NCBI GenBank assembly: GCA_043814965.1
Contig: JBDRJN010000003.1
Location: forward strand, 136,677 to 200,676
From: Candidatus Omnitrophota bacterium
GTDB taxonomy: Bacteria > Omnitrophota > Gorgyraeia > Gorgyraeales > Gorgyraeaceae
Length of the DNA stretch: 64,000 bases
Direction of reading: 5' to 3'
Shown: positions 35,583 to 45,417 of the stretch, piece after piece
Layout: each line of letters starts with the position of its first letter
How positions within the stretch are numbered: position 1 is the first letter of the stretch
Translations under genes and position numbers: made by a program
Notes under the pieces: generated by a model
Told to the model about the DNA's origin: nothing
The model's database searches: none
The model's input: only the letters and a program-made list of their open reading frames with translations

Positions 35583-37160
35583 TTAGATATTGGTTAGAAA
35601 GCCGTCTTTTGCACAATTATAGCAATGTTCAAAACGCCCCTCTTCCACAAAAGTCTCTCTCATTTTTTGATAAACCTCTCCATTCCAGATGCTTTCAAAA
35701 CTAGCTATCTCTATATTTCCTGCTATTGGTGGTTCAGGTGCGCAGCAAGGTAATATCGTTCCTTTATTATTTATAAAGACTTGATCCCATAAGAATGGAC
35801 ATTGTTTTAATTTTTTGCTACATGAAAGACTCTCCGCATCTATCTTAGGCTGGACGTCATCTTTAAATTGTCCAATATTTATATGATTGGGATATAGATA
35901 CTTATGATAAAAAGGTGCTGAGTGAAAAGTAATATCTAGTTCTTTAGCCAGTTTTATTGCCTTTTTTAAATATAGAACAACCTCTTCCGTGTTATCATCT
36001 AATGACTCTTCTTTCATGCCATCAAAATGCATAACTATTCTAGGGGCAACTAAAACATCAACTCCAATTTTTTTGGCAAACTCAACCATTTGAGGTAATT
36101 CTTTAAAATTCCTTTTCATTAATACCATGACTAAAACAAAATAAGGCCTATTGTTTTCTGGTAACTGGTATTTGTATTTTTGAAATAGGCCAATATTTTC
36201 TATAACCTCTGAGTAATTTGCTCCTATTCTAATACTTTCATAAGTCTCTTTGATTGGCGAATCAAAAGATAATGTAAATTTTTTAGTACACTGCGTTAAT
36301 CTCTTAAGGCGACCCTTTTTCGCATTTAGCAATGTACCATTAGTTATAAGATCAAGTCTAACCTTGTATCTATCAGCTAATTCCAACTCTAAGTCAAATG
36401 TTCGTGACATTAATGGTTCACCCGCTGTGTTTAATCTCAAAACTTGCGCCGTTGGAAAAACCTCCTCTGCGAATTTAATCAGGCTCCTCTCGTTAATTCC
36501 TTTCGACATAAGCATATTTAAATCACTGTCATTTACTGTCCTCTGTATACACATACGACACCTTAGATTGCATAAATAATCTGTTGCCAAAGATGGCACT
36601 ATAGGAAACGATCGCAATATAGACCTTTTCTCAGCTATATCTTGTTGCAAGAGTATGTGGTTTTGATGTTTTAATCTTTTAAGAAGGGCTTCCGACATGC
36701 TACTCTTTTCAAAAAAACAACACCACCATGATCCATCTTTTTTATAAAAACTATCCAATCTTATATCGTGAAGCCGTATGCCTAAATCTCTAATGTCAGA
36801 GTTGTTCAACATTATCCTTGGAGACCATAATTCTGAAACTTCCAGCCTAACATTTGACGTTCCTTCTGGAACATTTATAGTACTTATGTTTTCTGAAAGC
36901 TGATAAATACTGTTAAATTGTTTTGTTTCATCAAAGAGAGATAATTCTATTTTCTTTCCTTTCACTGGACAACCGGAAAGATCGATACTTACTCCCTTAT
37001 GATTTTCTGGAAATTTTAAAAAAGCTACTTTTTTAGACCATACCCAAATAGAAGCAACATCTGATTCAATGTCGTACCAGCCTTCGCCTAACATATCTTT
37101 TAAATAACCAGGCTCGAATAAACCTTTATCGCCATTTTTATTTTTCATTTGGATCTCCAT
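35583..37160 (-). CDS. Radical SAM/SPASM-domain protein with a roughly 170-aa N-terminal extension
   Basis: CNLRCRMC CX3CX2C motif. C-terminal CPFLWDQVFINNKGTILPCCAPEPP is a SPASM/twitch-type Cys cluster. 525 aa. Confidence 0.65.
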   Translation of the reverse strand: MEIQMKNKNGDKGLFEPGYLKDMLGEGWYDIESDVASIWVWSKKVAFLKFPENHKGVSIDLSGCPVKGKKIELSLFDETKQFNSIYQLSENISTINVPEGTSNVRLEVSELWSPRIMLNNSDIRDLGIRLHDIRLDSFYKKDGSWWCCFFEKSSMSEALLKRLKHQNHILLQQDIAEKRSILRSFPIVPSLATDYLCNLRCRMCIQRTVNDSDLNMLMSKGINERSLIKFAEEVFPTAQVLRLNTAGEPLMSRTFDLELELADRYKVRLDLITNGTLLNAKKGRLKRLTQCTKKFTLSFDSPIKETYESIRIGANYSEVIENIGLFQKYKYQLPENNRPYFVLVMVLMKRNFKELPQMVEFAKKIGVDVLVAPRIVMHFDGMKEESLDDNTEEVVLYLKKAIKLAKELDITFHSAPFYHKYLYPNHINIGQFKDDVQPKIDAESLSCSKKLKQCPFLWDQVFINNKGTILPCCAPEPPIAGNIEIASFESIWNGEVYQKMRETFVEEGRFEHCYNCAKDGFLTNI

Positions 37161-38638
37161 TTAAATATAAATTTCAAAATAGATAAAAAAGGCCAGATAA
37201 TAGGTCTTATAAAAAATCTATAACTTTCTGAATGATATACACACTCTAACTCTTTGGTTAATAAATCAATTTTCTGATCCTTTAAATTTATATCTTTCTC
37301 TAAATCTGAAGCCTTTAACTGCCATTGAGACTTTGAATTTAAATCATTTTCTTTTTGATTCTCATGTGAATTATTAATATTATTCGTTAATTTTTTAAAA
37401 GGGATTTCTCTTAAGAGGTTATTTTTAATTTCGAGAGAGTCTAATTTTCTATTCAAAACCTTGCTCAGGCAATCCTTATCCTTTTTTTTTGCTCTTAATA
37501 TTTCATGATAAGTTGCTACTGCTTTTGTAAAATTTAAATGCTTTTCAGAGTACTCGATAAAAGCATTTTTCTTTTTGTCGTAATATTCTTTTATAAAGTA
37601 CTTTTTTAGAATTTTAGTTAGTTCATCTTTCATATTAACAAGAGGCACTTTATCAACAAAGCCCGGTAATTCGCTGTACCAACCCGTTTTACTCACAATG
37701 ACAGGTATTGCCCGTTGAATAGCTCGCATTACTACCCCAGAGGTCTCTCCCATAGTTGGATTTCTTAAGGACACAACAACATCTGACTGCGCTAAAAGTT
37801 CCTCAAATTTTTCTAAATCTACTCTGCCAAAAATATAAACTTTCTTAGAAATACCTAGCCTATTGACTAGTTTATAAATATCTACGCAATCGCAACCCAC
37901 TTGCCCCGCTATATACAGCTCAAGTTCAAAGCCTTCTTTTAATAACTGAGCGCAGGACATAATAATCATATCTACATGTCTATTTTTCTCTACTCCGCCA
38001 AAAACGCCTATCCTAAATGTCTTTTTTTTATTATCATGTAAGGTTTTTATTATGTTTTGGTTGTAAAATAAATGGTCTATACGATGAGTTTCTATATAAG
38101 GAAAAACATTTCTAATTCTCTTTTTAACATACTCTGAATGCACAATACATGAATCAGCGTGTTGAAGCACTTCTTCAAACATTGGAATGTGCGTTACAAT
38201 ATCTTCATATAAAAAAGTATTATCTAATTTTATCAATTTTTGAAATAACAATGAGATTGTTTTACCATACCACTTATCAACGGAAGAACTTAACTCAAGC
38301 AAGTTAGACTTTTTATGTGCTATCATCATATGAAGAAGTACCATGTCATGAAGATGCACTACTCCTCCATGTTTTTTAAGTAAGTCGATTATGTATCCAT
38401 GATATTCAATATTATTTCCTATATGATAAACTATAAGATCATAATCGTCTCTACTATTGATTGCTGTCTCGTTGATATTAAAAACATTTACTCTATCTAG
38501 TTTCTTAGGGGTTTGACAATTAGAATACACTTCTATCTGGATATCAAATTTCGACAAACCTTTTATCAAATCATATACATAATCAGATATACCGCTTTTC
38601 TGTGGCGGCCATGGGGTAACAAAAGCTATTTTTTTCAT
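37145..38638 (-). CDS. GT4 glycosyltransferase with a C-terminal coiled-coil and a conserved RPIIWP tail
   Basis: 497 aa. GT-B core followed by a Lys/Glu-rich coiled-coil and ...SESYRFFIRPIIWPFLSILKFIFKWRSK. Confidence 0.65.
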   Translation of the reverse strand: MKKIAFVTPWPPQKSGISDYVYDLIKGLSKFDIQIEVYSNCQTPKKLDRVNVFNINETAINSRDDYDLIVYHIGNNIEYHGYIIDLLKKHGGVVHLHDMVLLHMMIAHKKSNLLELSSSVDKWYGKTISLLFQKLIKLDNTFLYEDIVTHIPMFEEVLQHADSCIVHSEYVKKRIRNVFPYIETHRIDHLFYNQNIIKTLHDNKKKTFRIGVFGGVEKNRHVDMIIMSCAQLLKEGFELELYIAGQVGCDCVDIYKLVNRLGISKKVYIFGRVDLEKFEELLAQSDVVVSLRNPTMGETSGVVMRAIQRAIPVIVSKTGWYSELPGFVDKVPLVNMKDELTKILKKYFIKEYYDKKKNAFIEYSEKHLNFTKAVATYHEILRAKKKDKDCLSKVLNRKLDSLEIKNNLLREIPFKKLTNNINNSHENQKENDLNSKSQWQLKASDLEKDINLKDQKIDLLTKELECVYHSESYRFFIRPIIWPFLSILKFIFKWRSK

Positions 38639-39687
38639 AAATTATCTAAGACCAACCTTTTTATTATATTATCCCAAGTAATATTTTTAGCTAACTCATA
38701 TCCCCGCATACTGATATTTTCTAATTCTTTATCGTTCATATCGTAGACCTTATTAATATTTTTTGCAATCTCTTCAGGATCACTATTAGACAAAAAGCCT
38801 GCGCCTGTTTCTTCAATGAATGTCCTTATCTCTCCGCTATCAATACAGCTTATGACAGGTTTTTTTGCTAAAAACGCCTCTATTGTAATAAACCCGTAAT
38901 CCTCGTCTAATGGCGCATAGAATACCGCCCTTGCTTTTGAAAGGCGGGATATAAGCTCTTCGTCTTTCAAAAATCCAAGAATTTCACATCTATCAAAAAG
39001 ATCATAATCATTGATCAGGCCTTGTAAGCTCTTCGAGTAATCTTCAGGACCTGCCCCGATAATAGAAATTTTTGCTTTTTTTACATATTTAATGGCTTTT
39101 ATCAATAAATCTGGTCTTTTAAGTTCGTTTAATCTGCCTATATAAAGAATTCTATCGTCATATGGTCCTGGCAAAATCCTGTCAGCAAGCCTGGGCGGCG
39201 GAAATAAAGGCGTACTATCGATCTCGCAAAACCTGCTTAATCTATTGGTGACATTTCTTGATATAGTAAATCTAGGACTGCACTCATATATAAATTTCTT
39301 ATCAAGGGCCCTGATTTCGTTCCTCAATATATAAGCATCTTTTGAAGATCTCATGAAATCAAATTCTGTGTTTTCTAAATCATAAAAGATCCTATGCTGA
39401 TGAAACAACCACAATACTTTTTTACTATGTTCCACAGCATATGTAGGGAATTTTGTTCCAATTATAAGGTCTATTGCTTTACCATCAGATCCTGACAAAT
39501 CCAATAATCTCCACGAAATAACATTATTTAAAATTTCTTCTTCTGGATACCATTTAAAAGGAACCTGCACTAATTCTGCCTGAATACCCTCTAACTGATT
39601 TATCTCGTTAACAAGGCTTTGATTTAAAAATTCAGCACCACCTTGAACAAATGGCACTTGTGCCCCTAAAACAATTACTTTTTTCAT
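38635..39687 (-). CDS. GT4 glycosyltransferase
   Basis: 350 aa with a GT-B C-domain (RLNELKRPDLLIKA...GFITIEAFLAKKPVI). Confidence 0.65.
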   Translation of the reverse strand: MKKVIVLGAQVPFVQGGAEFLNQSLVNEINQLEGIQAELVQVPFKWYPEEEILNNVISWRLLDLSGSDGKAIDLIIGTKFPTYAVEHSKKVLWLFHQHRIFYDLENTEFDFMRSSKDAYILRNEIRALDKKFIYECSPRFTISRNVTNRLSRFCEIDSTPLFPPPRLADRILPGPYDDRILYIGRLNELKRPDLLIKAIKYVKKAKISIIGAGPEDYSKSLQGLINDYDLFDRCEILGFLKDEELISRLSKARAVFYAPLDEDYGFITIEAFLAKKPVISCIDSGEIRTFIEETGAGFLSNSDPEEIAKNINKVYDMNDKELENISMRGYELAKNITWDNIIKRLVLDNL

Positions 39688-39700
39688 TTTTTAACCTAAT

Positions 39701-40978
39701 TCAGTTTTTGCTGTTACAAATCTTAGTATAAACATCTATGACTTTTTCGCCTACCTTATCCATGTTATACTCCTGACAAAGCCTGTCCCAACCTCTTCTG
39801 CCTAGCTCTTCTGATAGATTTTTATTATATAATATCCTACTGATTTTATCTTTTAAATCTGCAGTATCTCCAAGCTTTGATATAAGGCCTGCTTCTTTTA
39901 TTATCTCAGAAATAGCCCCTCCATCAGAACCAACAACGGGTTTTTTACATCTCCATGCTTCCAAAAAAACTATACCAAAAGACTCAAATCTAGATGGTAA
40001 TGCTAATAAATCTGACATTTTTATCAAAAACTCTTTCTTTTTGCTGTCAATAACTCCAAAATTGATAACTTTCAGTTTTTTTATACACTTGCCTTCAAAT
40101 ATCCCATATTTATTAATAAACTCATCAGTATCTGGACCGACCAAAAAAAGATTTAAATATATGTTTTTTTCTCTGGCTATCTCACTTAAAGCATTAATGA
40201 GTAAATCTATTCCCTTGTATGGCTCTTTTCTGCCTATAAAAATTATATTCCTATCGTTTTCTCTAATGCCATATTTGCTGGTCACGGTATTTCTAAAAAC
40301 ATCAAAATCATCGTATCCACAGCCCCTACTGTCTTCAGTTATAGAACATCCTGTCACATAAATCTTGAATGGATCAATCCCTTTATCAATAAGATACTTC
40401 TTTTCATAACTAGTCAATGCTATAACAGCGTCACATTTCTTTAAGATGTTTAAGATAATATTTTTTTCATATAAAGAATGTCCTGTATGAAAATAAGGTG
40501 TACTAACAATTTTTTTATGGAGCATTTTAGCAGCAAAAAACCCCGCTATGTTATGAAAATAAGGCATTGTATGCAAATGCACCACGTCTATATCTTTCAT
40601 TTCCTTAAAAAAATTTAAATACATCCATAAAGAATGAGGGCTATGCTTAAATATTTTTCCCAAATCTATCTTTTCGAACCCTAATTTATTTAATAATATT
40701 CTTGCAATTACTGCATCCGGCCTATAAGAATGCAGCTTCCATAACTTATATCTCTTTATGGTGATTTTACTGTTTTCGGATATTTCATAACGTTTCAACA
40801 TTATATTGTTTCTTCTGTTATAATGCGGTTTATAAAATTCCTCCAGATCACACATATCAAGTGTTAAAACTTTACTACTAATATCATGTTTGGATAAAAA
40901 ATCGCATATATTTTTACACCAAACCTCTGATCCGCCAATGGCAGGAGAATAGCGCTGAATCACATGCAATATCTTCAT
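39701..40978 (-). CDS. GT4 glycosyltransferase
   Basis: 425 aa. ESFGIVFLEAWRCKKPVVGSDGGAISEII. Confidence 0.7.
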   Translation of the reverse strand: MKILHVIQRYSPAIGGSEVWCKNICDFLSKHDISSKVLTLDMCDLEEFYKPHYNRRNNIMLKRYEISENSKITIKRYKLWKLHSYRPDAVIARILLNKLGFEKIDLGKIFKHSPHSLWMYLNFFKEMKDIDVVHLHTMPYFHNIAGFFAAKMLHKKIVSTPYFHTGHSLYEKNIILNILKKCDAVIALTSYEKKYLIDKGIDPFKIYVTGCSITEDSRGCGYDDFDVFRNTVTSKYGIRENDRNIIFIGRKEPYKGIDLLINALSEIAREKNIYLNLFLVGPDTDEFINKYGIFEGKCIKKLKVINFGVIDSKKKEFLIKMSDLLALPSRFESFGIVFLEAWRCKKPVVGSDGGAISEIIKEAGLISKLGDTADLKDKISRILYNKNLSEELGRRGWDRLCQEYNMDKVGEKVIDVYTKICNSKN

Positions 40979-40982
40979 AAAT

Positions 40983-42554
40983 TTATTTCTTTTTAATACG
41001 AATTATCTTTTTTATAAGTCTTAATATAGGCCAAATAATAGGTCTCACAACAAATCTAAAGCTTTCTGAATCATAAATAGACTGTATTTCTTTTTCCTTC
41101 TTGTACACTTCCACATCTTTAGCTATTACCGCACAATTCAAATCATCTATATGCTGCATTTTTAATTTCAGTTCATTATTATTCTTTGCCATTACATCAT
41201 CCATATGGAAAATAATCTTTTTAAAACTATCTTCTCTTGTTTCTAATGTTTTTTCAAAGATCTTTATACTTTCGTCTTTAGATACAATCTCTTTCTCTAG
41301 GTTAGCTGTATACTCTTTTTTTTCTCGAAACTCGGATTCTTTATGTGCGAGGTTAATATTTTTTTCATCTATTGATTTCATTAGATTGTTTATATGTTTG
41401 TCTCTATCTCTAATAAATCCGTCTTGTTCAGCTAGGATTTTATCTCTTTTTAATATTTCTTCTTTTAGTTTCTCAATGTGGCCCAAGGCATCACTTAAGG
41501 ATTGATTAATGCTTACTATAGAGCGATCTTTTTCCTTTATAGACTCTTCTAAATTTAAAATTTTTGTTTTTCTCTCACTCAGAGTATTCTTGATATTTTC
41601 TAGTTCATTGCGTAGATTGTGGAGGTTGAGCGCTGTAACCTTATCTACACTTTCGCATAGCTTAGAAAGTATATCATAAACTTTTGATGCCTTATGATGC
41701 TTAGTCAGCTTTTTTGCTATAGAAAACAGTATCTCAAGATTTTTAGAATCATTTAACGTCCAAATCATATCATCGCCTTTTAATAAATCAGGAAGCTTAT
41801 CTGGAAAATGCTTAGCAAGAAACAAAAGACGATTTCTTTCACTGTAAAATCGCCTATCCTCTGTTTTCATAGAAGTACCATGAAGCCTATGGTAAACAAT
41901 ACTATTTGGTGCATATAGTATTGTTTTCTTTTTCTCTCTAAGGCGATAACATAGGTCAACGTCTTCCATATACATAATATAATCCTCGTCTAACATTCCT
42001 ACATCTAATAAAAATCTTCTACTATATAATGCAGCGCAATTTGATATGCTTTTGACCTCACATATCTCATCGTAATTCTCTCTCTTATCCAATAACCCTC
42101 TATCTCCATAATAAAAATGAGGAAATTCCTGATGCCCTGCACTTTGTAGTCTCCCATCCATAAATAAAATCCTGCTTCCAACAGCAGCTACTTTTTTATC
42201 CTTATCAAATAATCTCACTGATTCTTTTAAACAATTTTTATCAAGCTTCGTATCGTTATTTATCAAAAAGATATAGTCGCTTCTTGACTGCCTAATTGCT
42301 ATATTATTAGCTCTACAGAAATTATTAATATCATTTTTTATAATATTAACTTTTGGATATATTTTAGACACATACCCTATAGAGTCATCGCTAGAGCCAT
42401 TATCAACCATAGTTACTTTTAGTTTATTTTGTGAATAATTTAAATTAAAAACAGAATCGAAAAAAATTCTTAAATGTTTTTTTCCATTCAAATTAACTGT
42501 AATTATATCTACTGAGGGGTATTTCATCTGATTGCTTTCTCTTTTATACTCCAA
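40983..42554 (-). CDS. GT2 glycosyltransferase with a C-terminal coiled-coil and the same RPIIWP tail
   Basis: SVDIITVNLNGKKHL...VTMVDNGSSDDS GT2 core, followed by about 200 aa of coiled-coil and ...SESFRFVVRPIIWPILRLIKKIIRIKKK. Confidence 0.7.
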   Translation of the reverse strand: MEYKRESNQMKYPSVDIITVNLNGKKHLRIFFDSVFNLNYSQNKLKVTMVDNGSSDDSIGYVSKIYPKVNIIKNDINNFCRANNIAIRQSRSDYIFLINNDTKLDKNCLKESVRLFDKDKKVAAVGSRILFMDGRLQSAGHQEFPHFYYGDRGLLDKRENYDEICEVKSISNCAALYSRRFLLDVGMLDEDYIMYMEDVDLCYRLREKKKTILYAPNSIVYHRLHGTSMKTEDRRFYSERNRLLFLAKHFPDKLPDLLKGDDMIWTLNDSKNLEILFSIAKKLTKHHKASKVYDILSKLCESVDKVTALNLHNLRNELENIKNTLSERKTKILNLEESIKEKDRSIVSINQSLSDALGHIEKLKEEILKRDKILAEQDGFIRDRDKHINNLMKSIDEKNINLAHKESEFREKKEYTANLEKEIVSKDESIKIFEKTLETREDSFKKIIFHMDDVMAKNNNELKLKMQHIDDLNCAVIAKDVEVYKKEKEIQSIYDSESFRFVVRPIIWPILRLIKKIIRIKKK

Positions 42555-44197
42555 AGATGTGGCATATATACAATCCCATGGTCTTTCTTATCAAAAAATA
42601 CTGTAAATTCTTTTGGCTTATCTTTGGATAACAAGACACTGCTGTTCTTGTCCTTTATCTCTATTGATATATAATACTCTCCTGCCAATAGGTTTAATTC
42701 TTCAATGTCAACCTCAAGCCTTACCGTACCTTTCTTTATAAACGGACTCTTTATTTTTTCTTTGATAACAAAACACAATGTCTTGTCTTTTCTATAGACT
42801 TTTGCAATGATCTCTCTTATATTTTCTATATAATCTGTTTCTATCAGCATCTTTACAAAATCCTCTGTATTGAATACTTGTTTTTCTTTTCCGTTCTTAT
42901 CAGCAAGCTTTATAGATATATCATCTTCCTTAAGCCTTGCAGTATCTTTATCCAAAAACTCCGGACTGCTTTTATATGGTTGAAAAAACAAGGCCCTATT
43001 GTTATCACCGTTTATAATGATTTTGTAACGCGCACAGTGATAGTCATAGGGGAAACTTTCTTCCTTTTCCCAGATAGCCGCTGAAAGACAATAAACGCCT
43101 GGGGATAACAATAGTTTTGGATAATACAGAGAGACTGTACCTTCCCCCTGGCATAATCTATCTATCAGAAAATTATCGAATCGCGTATTGGGACCATAAC
43201 AATAAAGTTTGTCTTTCCTGAATATAGCTACTCCAAAATGTGGGTCCAAGATCTCTTTATTTACCTTATAGGATATATCTATTCTTAACACATCTAAAGT
43301 ATTAATAGAATTTATCTCGTTATCTTCTTTATCATAAAAAGCTACTTTTGTTATTTCTACATCTTTATTTCCGAGACATTTGCCCCAGGTAGGTTCCACT
43401 CTATACGGAGATTCTCTTTCTTTTTTCTCTCTCATAGACTCGCTTAAAGCGTTCTTGTCAAAAAGTTTTACAGTTCTTTTTGCAGAATCTTCATACATCC
43501 TGGTTATCCTTGAAGACTCCCCTATTCCTTCAAGCCTGCCCTTTTTAAGATATAGGGCCTTATCTGTGACGTCTCTTATAAAATCAACTACCTGGGAAGC
43601 TATGACCAGATTCTTGCCTTGCACTTTGAATTCCTTTAGTTTTGCAGTGCATTTTTCTGAAAAACCAAGGTCCCCTACGCCTATGATCTCATCTATTAAA
43701 AGCACATCAAAATCAACATGTATCGCTATTGAAAACCCTAGCCTCATAAGCATACCTGTAGAATAGGTCTGGATAGGCGCGTCTATAAATCCGTCTAGCT
43801 CTGAGAAATCCACTATCGACTTATACTTTTCCCTTATCTCTTTTAATGACATGCCTAGGATAGTAGCGTTTAAATAGATATTCTCTTCCCCCGTAAGCTC
43901 CATATTAAACCCCGCGCCAAGAGTAAGAAGTGTAGAGACCCTGCCTTTTAGTTCTACGATGCCGCTTGTAGGGCTAGTAATACCAGCCAATACATTTAAA
44001 AGCACACTTTTACCTGCTCCGTTTAAGCCTACTATACCGAGCGATTCTCCCTTTTTTAGGCTAAAACTTATGTCCTTTAGAGCCCAGAGCTCTTCCCTCT
44101 GGACAGGCTTTATGAGTGTCGGAAGAATTGACCTAATAAGCGCGTCCTTTTCATGCGATACGATAAATTTTTTACTTAGATTTTTTACTTCTATCAT
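42524..44197 (-). CDS. wzt: Polysaccharide ABC transporter ATP-binding protein (Wzt/TagH-like) with a large C-terminal extension
   Basis: Walker A GLNGAGKSVLLNVLAG and signature YSTGMLMRLGFSIA. The roughly 300-aa C-terminal domain is like the glycan-binding domains of Wzt. Confidence 0.75.
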   Translation of the reverse strand: MIEVKNLSKKFIVSHEKDALIRSILPTLIKPVQREELWALKDISFSLKKGESLGIVGLNGAGKSVLLNVLAGITSPTSGIVELKGRVSTLLTLGAGFNMELTGEENIYLNATILGMSLKEIREKYKSIVDFSELDGFIDAPIQTYSTGMLMRLGFSIAIHVDFDVLLIDEIIGVGDLGFSEKCTAKLKEFKVQGKNLVIASQVVDFIRDVTDKALYLKKGRLEGIGESSRITRMYEDSAKRTVKLFDKNALSESMREKKERESPYRVEPTWGKCLGNKDVEITKVAFYDKEDNEINSINTLDVLRIDISYKVNKEILDPHFGVAIFRKDKLYCYGPNTRFDNFLIDRLCQGEGTVSLYYPKLLLSPGVYCLSAAIWEKEESFPYDYHCARYKIIINGDNNRALFFQPYKSSPEFLDKDTARLKEDDISIKLADKNGKEKQVFNTEDFVKMLIETDYIENIREIIAKVYRKDKTLCFVIKEKIKSPFIKKGTVRLEVDIEELNLLAGEYYISIEIKDKNSSVLLSKDKPKEFTVFFDKKDHGIVYMPHLWSIKEKAIR

Positions 44198-44201
44198 AGT
44201 C

Positions 44202-45029
44202 TTACTTCACCAAATCTATATAAATACTTTCTCTCTTCTTAAAATACCTGTAGCCTATTAAAAATATAGCTATTGAGCATATTGCTGAATACAAGATCAC
44301 TTTACCTAGGGCTATTTCTTTTGGCACTGAATTTAAGTAGGTATTTCCTAATAAAGATACCCTATATAAAGATATAAGACCTACAAATGGATTTACTGAA
44401 TAGAGATTAAAGGCATTTCTTGATATATTGATCACAAGCTCCAGTGGATAGAATATAGGGCTTAAATAAAACCAAAAAAGTAAGCCCACCTCTACCAGGA
44501 ACTTGACATCCCTATGCAGCACTTGAGCGCCTGCGACTATAAGGGCTAAACCGCTTATTAAAAGTATCTGCAGGATAAAAGCTACTGGAAGCAGTAATAA
44601 ATAAATGCTTGGTTTGATACCAAATATAATGACAAACAATACCACTATGACCAGAGTAAATAAGAAATTTATCACATTTGCCAGGACTATTGATAGAGGC
44701 ACTATCTCGCGTGGGAAATATACCTTTTTTATAAGCGCCCCTCCTTCCAATATGCTCATACAGGATGCTGAAAAAGTAAGAGCAAATAAGTTCCAAGGAA
44801 AAAGCCCGGTTATTAAAAATATAAAAAATGGATAACCCCTTACAGGTACTTTGAATAATCTGGTAAATACGAACATAAATATAAGGGTCATGAATATTGG
44901 TACGAGTAGTGCCCACAAAAACCCTAGTATCGGCTCTTTATATTTGACCCTTATCTCTTTCCAGGCAAGCATAAGAAGCAGTTCCCTATGTTTGATCAAC
45001 TCTTTGATATCTTTAACCCATACGTTCAT
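44202..45029 (-). CDS. wzm: ABC-2 type polysaccharide export permease (Wzm/TagG-like)
   Basis: 275 aa with six TM helices. Immediately upstream of the ATPase gene. Confidence 0.7.
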   Translation of the reverse strand: MNVWVKDIKELIKHRELLLMLAWKEIRVKYKEPILGFLWALLVPIFMTLIFMFVFTRLFKVPVRGYPFFIFLITGLFPWNLFALTFSASCMSILEGGALIKKVYFPREIVPLSIVLANVINFLFTLVIVVLFVIIFGIKPSIYLLLLPVAFILQILLISGLALIVAGAQVLHRDVKFLVEVGLLFWFYLSPIFYPLELVINISRNAFNLYSVNPFVGLISLYRVSLLGNTYLNSVPKEIALGKVILYSAICSIAIFLIGYRYFKKRESIYIDLVK

Positions 45030-45417
45030 AATAGCCTTTCGTAAATATGTCTTTTTTTCGTTTTACCCAATAGCTAGCAATATTCTTATCAATAGTTTCA
45101 TTCAATAAGTCTTTTTTGAATATCTTAAGTAAGATCGAGACAGGTGTAAAAATGAGATAAAACCCTACGCTCAGCGTAACTACAGTAACTATCCGGTTTA
45201 GAAGAAATATTACCTTATCTATGATATATTTTAAGGGTTTTAAAATATGAGGCTCCAATATAGCTAATATAAAAACTGAGGAACCTATGAGAGAAAAATA
45301 GATAAAATGCCCCCTCCCTCTATAAAACATGATACATCCCAGGATATTCATGCCCAGGGCCATGTTAAACCCGAATTTTCGTAACTCAGTCGAGCTCAAA
45401 ATATTCCTCCTTATCAA
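45013..45417 (-). CDS. Small membrane protein, SxtJ-like (often paired with carbamoyltransferases)
   Basis: 134 aa with two to three TM helices. Immediately downstream of and overlapping the carbamoyltransferase gene. Confidence 0.35.
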   Translation of the reverse strand: MIRRNILSSTELRKFGFNMALGMNILGCIMFYRGRGHFIYFSLIGSSVFILAILEPHILKPLKYIIDKVIFLLNRIVTVVTLSVGFYLIFTPVSILLKIFKKDLLNETIDKNIASYWVKRKKDIFTKGYYERMG

